DNA of 64,000 nucleotides from an uncultured Clostridia bacterium (GCA_947090365.1 CAMUNT010000002.1:3750-67749); one strand, 5' to 3'; positions 48,193 to 58,522 are shown, numbered from the stretch's first letter. Program-made: numbers and translations. Notes: generated by a model not told the origin, from the letters alone.

Positions 48193-48642
48193 TTATTTGC
48201 CGTATTTTTTTTCAACGGCGGTAATTTTATCGACACGCCGCTGATGTCTGCCACCTTCGAATTCGGTTTTCAGGAAAATATCGACTATTTCCAAAGCGTA
48301 ACCTGCCCCTACCACCTTTTCACCCATAGCCAAAATGTTTGCATCGTTATGACGACGGGTAAACTCAGCGCAGTACGAATCGTGACAGTGCGCGCACCTT
48401 ACCCCGGGAACCTTGTTTGCGACCATCGATACGCCTATACCCGTTGAGCAGATTATTATCCCCTTCTCGCATTTACCGCAAGCTATCGCTTCGGCCGCGG
48501 GAAGAGCGAAATCGGGATAGTCGCAGCTTTCGAAGCTGTCCGTTCCGAAATCGGTTACCTCGTGGCCGTTAGCCGTTAAATATTTTTTGATTTCGTTTTT
48601 TAAGTTAAGTCCGCCGTGATCGGCGGCAATAGCTATTTTCAT
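48193..48642 (-). CDS. rpiB: Ribose-5-phosphate isomerase B
   Basis: MKIAIAADHGG...CSTGIG. Confidence 0.93.
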   Translation of the reverse strand: MKIAIAADHGGLNLKNEIKKYLTANGHEVTDFGTDSFESCDYPDFALPAAEAIACGKCEKGIIICSTGIGVSMVANKVPGVRCAHCHDSYCAEFTRRHNDANILAMGEKVVGAGYALEIVDIFLKTEFEGGRHQRRVDKITAVEKKYGK

Positions 48643-49094
48643 TATTCCTCGTCCTTATAATTTTTTATATAATTTTCGATTATATCGTCGCAGGCAGAAG
48701 CAAGTGCGTCGCGCGTTGCCCTGTAAGCCGTAATATCCATTCCGTAAGGGTCGGGAATATCATAACCGCAGACGTCCCTTATACAGGTAATGTTACCGCA
48801 GGCTTCAAGCATCTGCTTTTGCGCAACCGTCATACACACTACAAGCGTATTTGCCGATATGATTTTTTGTGTCAGCTGTTTAGGTGAAAAATTATCAACG
48901 TTAATACCGACTTCCGATAAAGCCGTTTTACTGTTCGGGCTTATCGTTCCGCCGACTTCCGCGTTAATACCGCAGGACGAAACGCTCCACCATTTAATTT
49001 TGTTTTTCTTGATTTTGTCGCGCAGAATGGCTTCCGCCATAGGACTCCGGCAGGTGTTGCCTGTGCACACGAACAATATTTTTTTTCTTTTCAT
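48642..49094 (-). CDS. Low-molecular-weight protein phosphatase (YwlE-like arginine/tyrosine phosphatase)
   Basis: CTGNTCRSPMAE P-loop and DPYG. ywlC-ywlE-ywlF synteny. Confidence 0.9.
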   Translation of the reverse strand: MKRKKILFVCTGNTCRSPMAEAILRDKIKKNKIKWWSVSSCGINAEVGGTISPNSKTALSEVGINVDNFSPKQLTQKIISANTLVVCMTVAQKQMLEACGNITCIRDVCGYDIPDPYGMDITAYRATRDALASACDDIIENYIKNYKDEE

Positions 49095-50086
49095 TTACTT
49101 CTACACGCCTTTTCAAGTCTGTTCATAACGCCGACCATAATTCCGTCCTGCTTTTCGGGAGAAATTGCAATAATCAGCTGTGCGATACGTTCCCCCTTGC
49201 GGAGTTCGGCATATAAATTTGACGCAATCTCAGCCTCTCCGTCACCGAGATTCAATATATTTTCAACGCCGATTTTTTTTGCAGTAACAGCGTCGCACAT
49301 TACGTAAGTTTTAACGCCTTTTGCTGTTTGTTTTTTGTACTCATCAACCGCTTTATCTATTTCCCCGTACGAAAAAAGCATAGTTTTACAGTTGGGAGAA
49401 TAGTGCTTGTACTTCATTCCGGGGGAGCGTGCCGTTTCGCCGTCTATCATTTTATATACGCTACATACTCCGACGGTGCCTTCTATCATTTCGCGCGTTA
49501 TAAGTCCGCTCCGAAGTATCGTCGGCTCGTCGCCCGTACAGTCTAAAACGGTGCTTTCAATTCCGCCTTCGGACTTTCCGCCGTCTAATATGAGTTCGAT
49601 TTTTCCGTTCAGATCTGCGAATACGTGCCCTGCGCTTACCGGACTTACGTGCTTGGAAACGTTAGCCGACGGCGCCGCTATAGGTAAATTCAAATACTTT
49701 AAAAACTTTTGCGCACCCACGTGTGACGGTACTCTTATAGCAAGGGTATCGAGCCCGCAGGAAACCGCCTTAGATACCTTGTTTTCACTTTTAAATACCA
49801 AAGTCAGCGGACCGGGTAAAAATTTTTGCATAAGTATTTCAGCGTATTCAGGAACGAACGACACGAGTGAAAGAATGTCGTAATCCTTATGGACGTGAAC
49901 GATTAACGGATTGTCGGCTGGCCTGCCCTTAATTGCAAAAATATTTTTTACAGCCTTATCATCGAAAGCGTTTGCCCCTAAACCGTAAACCGTTTCAGTA
50001 GGGAACGCAACGGCCCCGCCTTTTAAAATTATATCCCTTGAAAGCTTTAAAGCCTCTTCGCTAACGGATAATATCTTCGTCTGCAT
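49091..50086 (-). CDS. tsaC: L-threonylcarbamoyladenylate synthase (Sua5/YwlC type)
   Basis: FPTETVYGLGANA and APSAN motifs, plus the Sua5 C-terminal domain. Confidence 0.9.
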   Translation of the reverse strand: MQTKILSVSEEALKLSRDIILKGGAVAFPTETVYGLGANAFDDKAVKNIFAIKGRPADNPLIVHVHKDYDILSLVSFVPEYAEILMQKFLPGPLTLVFKSENKVSKAVSCGLDTLAIRVPSHVGAQKFLKYLNLPIAAPSANVSKHVSPVSAGHVFADLNGKIELILDGGKSEGGIESTVLDCTGDEPTILRSGLITREMIEGTVGVCSVYKMIDGETARSPGMKYKHYSPNCKTMLFSYGEIDKAVDEYKKQTAKGVKTYVMCDAVTAKKIGVENILNLGDGEAEIASNLYAELRKGERIAQLIIAISPEKQDGIMVGVMNRLEKACRSK

Positions 50087-50088
50087 TG

Positions 50089-51543
50089 TTAAAACGGTGC
50101 CGCCTCGTCGGGATCGGGTACTGGAAAAGGAATATCGGGCGCTTGTCCGCCCGCATTTTCGGGAGGCGGGACGTAGCCCTGTTCGGGATCGGGATTGACG
50201 AATTTGGTAAGTTCGCCCTTGAAACGCAGAGGTATTCTGTCAAGTCCGCCGTTTCTGTGTTTTGCCACTATTAAATCGGCCATACCCTTTTTGATGTTTT
50301 TCTTTACGAGCTCCTCTTCGGGAACGTTTACGTCCGGACGGCTTATGAACATTACAATGTCCGCATCCTGCTCTATCGCGCCCGACTCACGAAGGACTGA
50401 AAGCTGAGGCTCGCCCGACTGAATACGGCGCAGCTGCGAAAGTGCTATAACGGGAACGTCAAGCTCTTTTGCCATAATTTTAAGCTCGCGGGTAATGAGC
50501 GCGACTTCCTGAGTTCTGTTCTGATCGGCACTCTCTCTTCCGCACGACATAAGCTGAATATAGTCTATCATTACGAGGTCAAGTCTGCCGTTGTTTCTTG
50601 CCTTAATTCTACGGCATTTCGAAAGTATCTCATTCGGGGTCACGCGCGAAGAATCGTCTATATTTATTCTGCTCTTTTTAAGAGCATCGCTCGCCTTGAC
50701 GATTTTACGCCAGTCGTTCGGGGTCAGATTTCCCGAAAGGGCGTCCTTCATACTTACGCCGGCAAAACTACACAGAAGTCTTTGAATAATCTGAATTTCG
50801 GGCATTTCCAACGAAAATACGGCGCAGACCGCATCGCATCTTAAAGCCGCGTTTTCGACGATATTCATTGCAAGCGAGGTTTTACCCATACCGGGGCGGG
50901 CGGCAAGTACGATAAGGTCGGATCTCTGCAATCCGTTGGTAAGCTTGTCAAGTCTTGTAAATCCCGTACTGAGTCCGCGGAAAGCGTCTTTATCCTTTGA
51001 TAATTTTTCAAATCTGTCGAGTACGGCATCGACCCCCGTACCCTCGCGTATGTCCTTTACAGACGAAGTATCGTTTACGCGTGAAATATCGTATATCAGC
51101 GCTTCTGCGTTCTGAATGCTTTTAAGCGAATCGTCGCTCGATTTTGCGAATTCCGCTATTTCACCCGCGGCGCGGATTAAATTGCGGTTTATGCTGTCGC
51201 GCTTTACGATTTCGAGATAATATCTGTAATTTGCCGACGACGGCGTAATCTGCACAAGCTCGGTAACGTAAGAAATGCCCCCTGCTTTTTCGAGGTTTCC
51301 GTCGCTTTCAAGCCTGTCGCAAAGCGTGATTATGTCTACGGGCTTTCGCTCAGCGTAAACAATTTTCATTGCGGAAATTATGAAACGGTGCGATTCATGA
51401 TAAAAATCGCCATCTTCAAGCTGTTCTAAAATATCCGAAAGTATTTCGTTATCTATCAGCATACAGCTGATCAATGCCTGCTCCGCTTCAAGATTATTCG
51501 GCATCGCATTATTTTTTGCCGTCGTATTATTAGTTTTTGCCAT
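50089..51543 (-). CDS. dnaB: Replicative DNA helicase (DnaB family; DnaC in Bacillus nomenclature)
   Basis: ARPGMGKTS Walker A and IDYIQLM. About 40 extra Pro/acidic residues at the C-terminus. Confidence 0.95.
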   Translation of the reverse strand: MAKTNNTTAKNNAMPNNLEAEQALISCMLIDNEILSDILEQLEDGDFYHESHRFIISAMKIVYAERKPVDIITLCDRLESDGNLEKAGGISYVTELVQITPSSANYRYYLEIVKRDSINRNLIRAAGEIAEFAKSSDDSLKSIQNAEALIYDISRVNDTSSVKDIREGTGVDAVLDRFEKLSKDKDAFRGLSTGFTRLDKLTNGLQRSDLIVLAARPGMGKTSLAMNIVENAALRCDAVCAVFSLEMPEIQIIQRLLCSFAGVSMKDALSGNLTPNDWRKIVKASDALKKSRINIDDSSRVTPNEILSKCRRIKARNNGRLDLVMIDYIQLMSCGRESADQNRTQEVALITRELKIMAKELDVPVIALSQLRRIQSGEPQLSVLRESGAIEQDADIVMFISRPDVNVPEEELVKKNIKKGMADLIVAKHRNGGLDRIPLRFKGELTKFVNPDPEQGYVPPPENAGGQAPDIPFPVPDPDEAAPF

Positions 51544-51549
51544 AGTAAA

Positions 51550-53325
51550 TTAAATACCCATTAAACGTTCGAATTCTTTGAGTGTGTCTTCAAATTCTTT
51601 CATTGCGAAATTGAAAGGTTTATCAGTCGAAAGGTCGACACCGGCAAGCTTTAAAAGAGATACGGGGTCGGTCGAGCTTCCGCCTGAAAGGAACTTAAAG
51701 TAATCCTTTACCGCCTTGTCGCCTTCGGTTAAAATACGGTTTGCGATATTCATTGCCGAGATAATACCCGTTGCGTACTTGTAGACATAGAACGCGGTGT
51801 AGAAATGAGGTATCCTCGCCCATTCGCAGGAAATATTGTAATCGTGTTCGATTTCGCTTCCGTAGTATTTTTTGCCTATTTCCGCGTAAATATCGCACAG
51901 CCCTTCTTTTGTTAAAGGCTCGCCCTTTTCCGCCGTATCGTGTGCCGAATATTCGAACTCCGCAAACATCGTCTGACGGAAAAGCGTTGCGCGGATCATA
52001 TCGAGATAATAATTAAGAATATATTTCTTGAAATTTGCGTCCGGATTATTCTTTAACATATATTTAAGCAAAAGAACTTCGTTTACCGTACTTGCAACTT
52101 CCGCAACGAAAATTTTATAATTCGATTTAGCATAAGGCTGGTTAAGGCTTGAAAAATGGGTATGAATCGAATGCCCCATTTCGTGCGCGACGGTGAATAC
52201 GTTATCCAAATCGGGCTGATAGTTCAAAAGCACGTAAGGATGAACGCCGTACGCGCCCGTACTGTACGCACCGCTTCGCTTACCGTCCGTTTCCTCGACG
52301 TCAATCCACCTTTCGTCGTATCCCTTTTTCAAAAGCGCCTGATAGTCCTTACCGAGCGGTGCAAGCCCCTCAATAACGTACTTGTACGCTTCGTCGTAAT
52401 TAAGTTTTAATTCCGCACCCTCGACTAACGGCGTGTACATATCGTAGAAATACAGCTTATCGTATCCTAAAATCTTCTTTCTGTCGGCTACGTAACGGTG
52501 CAGAACCGCAAGGTTTTTATCAACCGTTTTAAGCAGGTTATCGTATACCGACCTGTCGACATCCTCAGAAAAAAGGGCCCTTTCAAGACAGGAATTATAT
52601 TTATAAACCTTGCTGTAAAAAATGTCCGATTTTACGTTTCCGACGTATGCCGAAGTTATCGTATTGATAAGCGAATTGTAAGCACCGTAATATTTATCGT
52701 ACGCCTCTTTCCGCTTTTCTCTGTCGTCAGAGCGCAAAATTATACCGTATAACCCGTGGGAAAGTCTGGTTTTCGCACCCTCGAACTCGATTTCGGGCAA
52801 AGGGACTTCGAGATTGTCTATCATAGAAAAAGTTTCGCGGAAGTTATAGAAAACTTCGCCCGCCAAACTTACAAGCTTCTCTTCCTGTTCCGATACGGTA
52901 TGAGGCTTGCTTTTTATTATCTTTTTCAATACGTAATCATAGTCGGCAAAGCGTTTGTCGTTTATAAGCGAGGTTAAATATTCGTCCGACTGTTTAGCCA
53001 TTTCGGGCGAGAAAAATGCCTGCCCGGTTGCATATTTTGTATATAACGAATATATTTTCGCATCGTACGCCGAATATTTTGAAACCGCCGAATCCTCGTC
53101 GTGACGCATTGACGCGTAGACTGCAAGCCTATCAAAGATTTTTGCAAACTCGTCATCGGTCTTGAAGAACTTCAAAAGAGTATCGCTGTCGTTTAATTTT
53201 CCGGCAAACTTAGAAAAATCGATTTCCTTTTCAAGCTTTGCAAACTCTTTTTCCCACTGCTCGTCGGTTGCGAAAAGATCTTCCACCTTCCATTTATATT
53301 CCGTCTTAACTTCGCTTCTTTTCAT
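51550..53325 (-). CDS. pepF: Oligoendopeptidase F (M3B)
   Basis: VAHEMGHSIH zinc motif. 591 aa. Confidence 0.93.
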   Translation of the reverse strand: MKRSEVKTEYKWKVEDLFATDEQWEKEFAKLEKEIDFSKFAGKLNDSDTLLKFFKTDDEFAKIFDRLAVYASMRHDEDSAVSKYSAYDAKIYSLYTKYATGQAFFSPEMAKQSDEYLTSLINDKRFADYDYVLKKIIKSKPHTVSEQEEKLVSLAGEVFYNFRETFSMIDNLEVPLPEIEFEGAKTRLSHGLYGIILRSDDREKRKEAYDKYYGAYNSLINTITSAYVGNVKSDIFYSKVYKYNSCLERALFSEDVDRSVYDNLLKTVDKNLAVLHRYVADRKKILGYDKLYFYDMYTPLVEGAELKLNYDEAYKYVIEGLAPLGKDYQALLKKGYDERWIDVEETDGKRSGAYSTGAYGVHPYVLLNYQPDLDNVFTVAHEMGHSIHTHFSSLNQPYAKSNYKIFVAEVASTVNEVLLLKYMLKNNPDANFKKYILNYYLDMIRATLFRQTMFAEFEYSAHDTAEKGEPLTKEGLCDIYAEIGKKYYGSEIEHDYNISCEWARIPHFYTAFYVYKYATGIISAMNIANRILTEGDKAVKDYFKFLSGGSSTDPVSLLKLAGVDLSTDKPFNFAMKEFEDTLKEFERLMGI

Positions 53326-53343
53326 TTTTTTACTCCTGTTTAT

Positions 53344-54030
53344 TTATTTTATACCGAAATAACTTGGTAATTGAAATCTGAAATAATTGTAAAGTCCCGT
53401 ACAGAATGATTTGTGTTCAAGCGACCACACTGTAACTACTCCGTCAACACTGCTTAAAGGAAAGCTTCCGAAATCGGAGGCACGGCTGTCGCGACTGTCA
53501 TCTCTGTTATCTCCCAAAACGAACACGCTGTTTTCCGGTACGGTATACCAACCTCCGTCCCTGGGGAAAGTATTTTTGGGATTGTCTGGTGAATTGCGGT
53601 CGGGATCAAGGTAGGGTTCGGGAGTAGGTTCAGTCGGATATTCACTTTCCCCTTTGTACCTGATATACAGCTTACCTTTATCAAGCCTCACGCTGTCACC
53701 GCCGAATGCTATTGCGCGTTTAATGATGTATTCATCTTTACCGTTGCTGTTTTTCCTGCGGTTAATAACCACTATCTTACCGTAATCGGGCTTTGCATGT
53801 TTAGCAGCATAAACGTAATCACCGCCGAACTCGTTTTCATTATTATCAGGCGCACCCGTCAGCGTGGGAAGCATTGAATCGCCGACGACGTAAACACCCG
53901 AATAATTTGACGCAAAATATATTTCAAACGCCAATACGAATACGACTATCACGATAAGCACGTTAAGTAAAATACTTAATTTCGTATTATTTTTTTTATT
54001 ATAAAGACTTGCTCTTACCTGAGTTAACAT
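53344..54030 (-). CDS. lepB: Signal peptidase I
   Basis: GDSMLPTL (Ser), KRAIAFGGDSV (Lys), GDNRDDSRDSR. Confidence 0.9.
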   Translation of the reverse strand: MLTQVRASLYNKKNNTKLSILLNVLIVIVVFVLAFEIYFASNYSGVYVVGDSMLPTLTGAPDNNENEFGGDYVYAAKHAKPDYGKIVVINRRKNSNGKDEYIIKRAIAFGGDSVRLDKGKLYIRYKGESEYPTEPTPEPYLDPDRNSPDNPKNTFPRDGGWYTVPENSVFVLGDNRDDSRDSRASDFGSFPLSSVDGVVTVWSLEHKSFCTGLYNYFRFQLPSYFGIK

Positions 54031-54034
54031 TCCT

Positions 54035-55711
54035 TTACAGCCACATTACGTTATTTATTGCATATTTTTCTTCGCAGTCTATGCACAGTCTTACGTTGTG
54101 CGAATAGTCGGCAAGCGGTGCACCGTTTACGTTTTTAAAAAGATTGCTTTTCAGTACAAGGCTTTGCCAAACTCCGCCGACAACCGACTGTGAGTACCTG
54201 TAAATTTCACCGTCTGCCGTATCTTCGATCATAAATACGATTTCCGCGGTGTTATCGCAGAACACGTCTACTTTAAGCACCTTATCGCGCGACGGTGAAT
54301 ACCTTGCGCTGTTCAGACGGTAGGTAGTCAACCCATGCTCGGAATAAATCCCCTCTATACCTTTCGCCTTCATTACTATCTGCGGAAGCGCCACGCCGTC
54401 CGTAAAGAAAATTCCTCCGACGGCAACAGAACGGACGTCGGAAATACAGAAGCCGTCCACTCCGTTTTTGACACTGAACATTACGTTGCACTTATCTCTG
54501 GTATTTTTAAACCTTCCGCTCAGCTTCTTAACGGCCGTTTTAGACCATACGGTAAAACCGTTTGCATACGTCGCGTATGCAAGTGCGAAAAGCGTAGCCG
54601 TATCTTTATAAACGTCCAGAAAGCTTCTAAATTCGCTGTTTGAAATTTTTTGCGTATTTTCGCAGAGCATCCACTCCCTTACAGAAGAGTCAATAGCGTC
54701 CTCTGCCATATAAATTCCGCATTCTTTAATGTCTCCCGACGCGTCGAACTTTGCGGTTGCGATAAGATTTTGCTCATTGTCGACTGAAACCGTAATATCT
54801 CCGTTCTGCGGTAAAAATACCTGTCTGCCCTTTAAGTGCTTGCCGAGAAACATAATCATATCCTCGAAGCTCTTACCGTCCACAGATGCGTCGCACTGCA
54901 CTGAATAAGTTATAATACTGTCGTCGGCAAATTCGGGATTTATACGCGAGAAAGTATCGTACGCCCTGTCGTAGTCGAACCTGACGTCGTTTGTCGAGCA
55001 AAGCAACAGCATAGGACAGCGCACGAACGGCGCATAAGCCTGAGAATCGATACCTGCAATAAAACGGTATCTTTCCGTATCCAACTGTTTTTCGTCCGTA
55101 CGATATTTGCTTACGCCGAGATACGCAAGCCAGCCTACGGCGCAGACGGGAATTGCGCAAGCAAACTTAGCCGCAGCGGCAAGCTTCCACGCGATTTCAC
55201 CGCCGTCCCTTATACCGAGTACTGCAATATTTTCACTTCCGGTCCTCTCGGCAACATATTTTCTTGCATAAATTCCGAGGGTAACCCATTCGTACCAGCT
55301 TGTTTTATCGGCTGATTCGTCAACGTATTCCTTATGCCTTCCGCATTTAACGGTATTCGCATAAGCGATATTCGGCGGATAAACTGTATAATGTTCTTCG
55401 TTTTCCCATTCACCGCGGTAGTCGACCATAAAAGCGGAATACCCGCGCTCCACGAAAAGACTTATCACTTTTTCGTCAACCGTATCGGAGCTGTCGGGAA
55501 AAATGATAACGGTTTCGTTTGAAGGCGACGTTTCGCTTGAAGCGAAAATTCCGAAGCCCTTAACCCTTCCCTCGCCCGTTTCTCTGCCGAGGAAATTCAC
55601 TCTTTCAAATTTAATTCCTTTTCTGCGTTTTATGCCGATAGTTACGGCAGACACGTCCAGAGTGTCGTCGAAATCATTCCAGATGTTTGACGGCGTCAGT
55701 ATATTGGGCAA
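54035..55711 (-). CDS. Alpha/beta-hydrolase-fold (acetyl-xylan-esterase/CE7-like) protein with a C-terminal beta-rich domain. The nucleophile serine appears to be absent.
   Basis: The N-terminal half aligns by eye to the AXE1/dienelactone-hydrolase fold. The nucleophile elbow reads GIRDGG where GxSQGG is expected. Confidence 0.55.
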   Translation of the reverse strand: MPNILTPSNIWNDFDDTLDVSAVTIGIKRRKGIKFERVNFLGRETGEGRVKGFGIFASSETSPSNETVIIFPDSSDTVDEKVISLFVERGYSAFMVDYRGEWENEEHYTVYPPNIAYANTVKCGRHKEYVDESADKTSWYEWVTLGIYARKYVAERTGSENIAVLGIRDGGEIAWKLAAAAKFACAIPVCAVGWLAYLGVSKYRTDEKQLDTERYRFIAGIDSQAYAPFVRCPMLLLCSTNDVRFDYDRAYDTFSRINPEFADDSIITYSVQCDASVDGKSFEDMIMFLGKHLKGRQVFLPQNGDITVSVDNEQNLIATAKFDASGDIKECGIYMAEDAIDSSVREWMLCENTQKISNSEFRSFLDVYKDTATLFALAYATYANGFTVWSKTAVKKLSGRFKNTRDKCNVMFSVKNGVDGFCISDVRSVAVGGIFFTDGVALPQIVMKAKGIEGIYSEHGLTTYRLNSARYSPSRDKVLKVDVFCDNTAEIVFMIEDTADGEIYRYSQSVVGGVWQSLVLKSNLFKNVNGAPLADYSHNVRLCIDCEEKYAINNVMWL

Positions 55712-55772
55712 TTTGTTTCTCCTTATGGCTTGCGCCCGAATAAAAATTTACAGTAAATTACAATAAATGTAA

Positions 55773-55801
55773 TTGATTTTTTTCCGTCTTACACTTATAA
55801 T
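55773..55801 (+). promoter_or_regulatory. Promoter for the DnaD-domain gene
   Basis: TTGATT (55773-55778), 17 nt, TATAAT (55796-55801). Confidence 0.6.
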
Positions 55802-55868
55802 ATAATTTACTTAAATATTATAGTCCTTTCAAGCAAATAAATCAAGCAATAAAACGGAGTTAACAAAA

Positions 55869-57572
55869 ATGCCTTTCATTTCGGTTTCGGACGAGATAGC
55901 AAACAAATCGTTCACCTATATAGAAAACAAGTTTATAAATAAATATCTGCCCGTACTGGACCCCGTCGCGGTAAAGGTTTATCTTTATTCTCTGTATCTT
56001 TACCAGAACGGTTTTTCTTCCGTTTCGCTTGAAGAGCTGGCCGAAAAGCTTAATATGACTGCCGACGAAGCAAAAAGCTGTTTCGAATATCTCGAAGAGT
56101 TCGAGCTGGTGTCTGTAATTTCCGTATCCCCTTTTGAAATAAAAATACTCGATGCAGAAAACGTCAACGGTACGCCGAAAAAATTCAAGCCGGAAAAATA
56201 TGCGGATTTTACGAAAGCGGTTCAAAGCATAATCAAGGGCAGAATGATTTCGACGAACGAGTTCAGGGAATATTTTATAATGCTTGAAGAATACGGCTTC
56301 GAACAGAACGCGCTGATTATGATTATCTCCTACTGCGTAAATCTGAAAGGCGACAACATAAGATTACAGTACATAAAAAAGGTTGCTAAAAGCTTTGCCG
56401 ACGACGGTATTACGACCGCGAAAAAAGTTGACGAAAAGCTATCCACCTATACATATTCAACCGTCGCGCTTATCAATATATTCAAGGCGGCCGGAATTTC
56501 GAGACAGCCGGATATAGAGGATGATAAGCTTTACAAAAAGTGGACCGATGATCTCGGCTTCGACGACGGTGCTATTATAACGTGTGCCAAGAAGTTTAAA
56601 ATAAAAACCACCGACAAGCTTGACATTATGCTTGAAGAACTGTATAAAAACAAAAAGTTTGACGCAAAAGAGATTGAAGATTACTGCAATAACAGAATTT
56701 CCATATTCAACGCAACGTTGGATATTGCAAAGGCTTTGGGCGTATATATGCAAAATTCGGCGCCGTACGTCGAAAATTACGTAAACGTCTGGTGCGACTG
56801 GGGATTTGGTTTTAAGACGCTGAAATCTGTTGCCGACTACTGCTTCAAAAACGGAAAAAAATCTTTTGAAGATATGCACGAATTCGTGCGAAAGCTGTAC
56901 GACGGCGGAACGGTTTCGGACGGAGCCGTTGAAGATTACCTTGATAAACTCAATGCTCAGGACTTGTTTATCAAAAGAATTTTAAGCGAATGCGGACTTA
57001 CGCGAAAGGTTATCGAGTGGGACAGAATAAGCCTTGAAAAATGGAGAAGCTGGAATTTTTCAGACGAAATGATTTTGGAGGGTGCCCGCCTTTCCGCAGG
57101 AAAATCAAATCCCACCTCCTATTTAAGCAGTGTACTTTCGGCCTGGAAAGCGGAAGGCAAATTCACGCTTGACGCGGTTCAGTCCTACTCCCTTGCTTCC
57201 GCACGAATAACCGCAACGAAAGCCGACGTTGAAAGGCACTACTACAATTTAAGGCATAATGCCGAGGCTAAAGCCGAAAAAGCTCTCAATTCCGCACTCG
57301 CCGACGGCGAATACGGCAGTATAAGAAAACAGCTTAACGAACTTGCTATTTCGCTTGCTTTTGCCGAAGTAAAATCGCCCGCCGATGCGGAAAGTATTTC
57401 ATTGAAAATTAAAAAGCTCGAAGCGGACGGAGATAAAAGACTTAAAGAGCTGTGCATAGATAAAGCAGACTTCACGCCTCAGTACTCGTGTAAAAACTGT
57501 AACGATACCGGCTACGACAAAAACGGTTCGCCTTGCGTCTGTATGAAAAGATTTATTGCTGATTTAAAATAA
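55869..57572 (+). CDS. DnaD/DnaB(Bsu)-type replication initiation/helicase-loading protein (DnaD-domain repeats) with a C-terminal Cys4 zinc knuckle
   Basis: Winged-helix N-terminus, repeated DnaD-like (DDBH2) segments (EDYGFEQNALIMIISYC..., WCDWGF...). C-terminal CKNCNDTGY...PCVC. Confidence 0.7.
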   Translation: MPFISVSDEIANKSFTYIENKFINKYLPVLDPVAVKVYLYSLYLYQNGFSSVSLEELAEKLNMTADEAKSCFEYLEEFELVSVISVSPFEIKILDAENVNGTPKKFKPEKYADFTKAVQSIIKGRMISTNEFREYFIMLEEYGFEQNALIMIISYCVNLKGDNIRLQYIKKVAKSFADDGITTAKKVDEKLSTYTYSTVALINIFKAAGISRQPDIEDDKLYKKWTDDLGFDDGAIITCAKKFKIKTTDKLDIMLEELYKNKKFDAKEIEDYCNNRISIFNATLDIAKALGVYMQNSAPYVENYVNVWCDWGFGFKTLKSVADYCFKNGKKSFEDMHEFVRKLYDGGTVSDGAVEDYLDKLNAQDLFIKRILSECGLTRKVIEWDRISLEKWRSWNFSDEMILEGARLSAGKSNPTSYLSSVLSAWKAEGKFTLDAVQSYSLASARITATKADVERHYYNLRHNAEAKAEKALNSALADGEYGSIRKQLNELAISLAFAEVKSPADAESISLKIKKLEADGDKRLKELCIDKADFTPQYSCKNCNDTGYDKNGSPCVCMKRFIADLK

Positions 57573-57586
57573 AATTAAACCGCGCC

Positions 57587-58495
57587 TTACGTTTCAGGCG
57601 CGGTTTCTTCACGTTCTTCCTCGATGAAAGGATTGACGTGAATCGTAATATGTTTAACAAGCGAAAATTTCACTTCTATTCCGTTATGCACTTCCTCTGC
57701 TATTGCGTGTGCATCGGTAAGAGGTAAGCTTCCGTCACAAGCAATTTCCGCAATGACGTATATTCTATTTCCGAACATTCTCGTCATTAAATTATCCAGA
57801 CGCATAACGCCTTCAAACGAAATAATAAAATCTTTGATTTCCTCTTCAGTTTTTTCGTCACACGCTTCGTCGGTCATTTTTTTTATTGCATCTATAAAAA
57901 TCTGTATCGACGCTTTAAAAATGAAAAGACAAATTACGATGCAGGCAATCGAGTCGAGTATCTTTACACCGCACAGTCCGCCGATTACGCCGACAAGACT
58001 TCCTATCGAAGAAAGTGCGTCGGAACGATGATGCCAGGCATCTGCTTTGAGTGCGGAAGAATTTACCTTTTTGGCCGCCGAATAGGTATACCAGAACATC
58101 ATTTCCTTTACTACGATAGACACCGCGGCCGCCACCAGTGCAATTACGCCGGGCATTACAAAATTCTTATATTCTCCGGTGACGATATTGCTTATCCCCG
58201 AATAACCCACTCCCGCGCCTGTTGCGAATAAAACTACAGCAAGCAGTATTGCCGCAACGCATTCGAAGCGTTCGTGCCCGAAAGGGTGATTTTTATCCGC
58301 CTTCTTTGACGCAATTTTTACGCCGATTAAAACTATTACGGTTGAAAACACGTCGGAAGCCGAGTGAACTGCATCTGAAATCAACGCATAGGAATTGCCG
58401 AAAATCCCCGCAAGCAGTTTAAACGCGACGAGGCCTGCGTTAATTATTAAAGTTACTACCGAAACTTTTACGGCAACTTTCTGTAAATCTTGCAT
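57587..58495 (-). CDS. Cation diffusion facilitator family transporter
   Basis: 6 TM with SDAVHSASD / HHRSDALSS metal-site motifs, plus a cytoplasmic CTD. Confidence 0.9.
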   Translation of the reverse strand: MQDLQKVAVKVSVVTLIINAGLVAFKLLAGIFGNSYALISDAVHSASDVFSTVIVLIGVKIASKKADKNHPFGHERFECVAAILLAVVLFATGAGVGYSGISNIVTGEYKNFVMPGVIALVAAAVSIVVKEMMFWYTYSAAKKVNSSALKADAWHHRSDALSSIGSLVGVIGGLCGVKILDSIACIVICLFIFKASIQIFIDAIKKMTDEACDEKTEEEIKDFIISFEGVMRLDNLMTRMFGNRIYVIAEIACDGSLPLTDAHAIAEEVHNGIEVKFSLVKHITIHVNPFIEEEREETAPET

Positions 58496-58522
58496 TTTTG
58501 CCCCAAAACAGTTGAAAATGAA

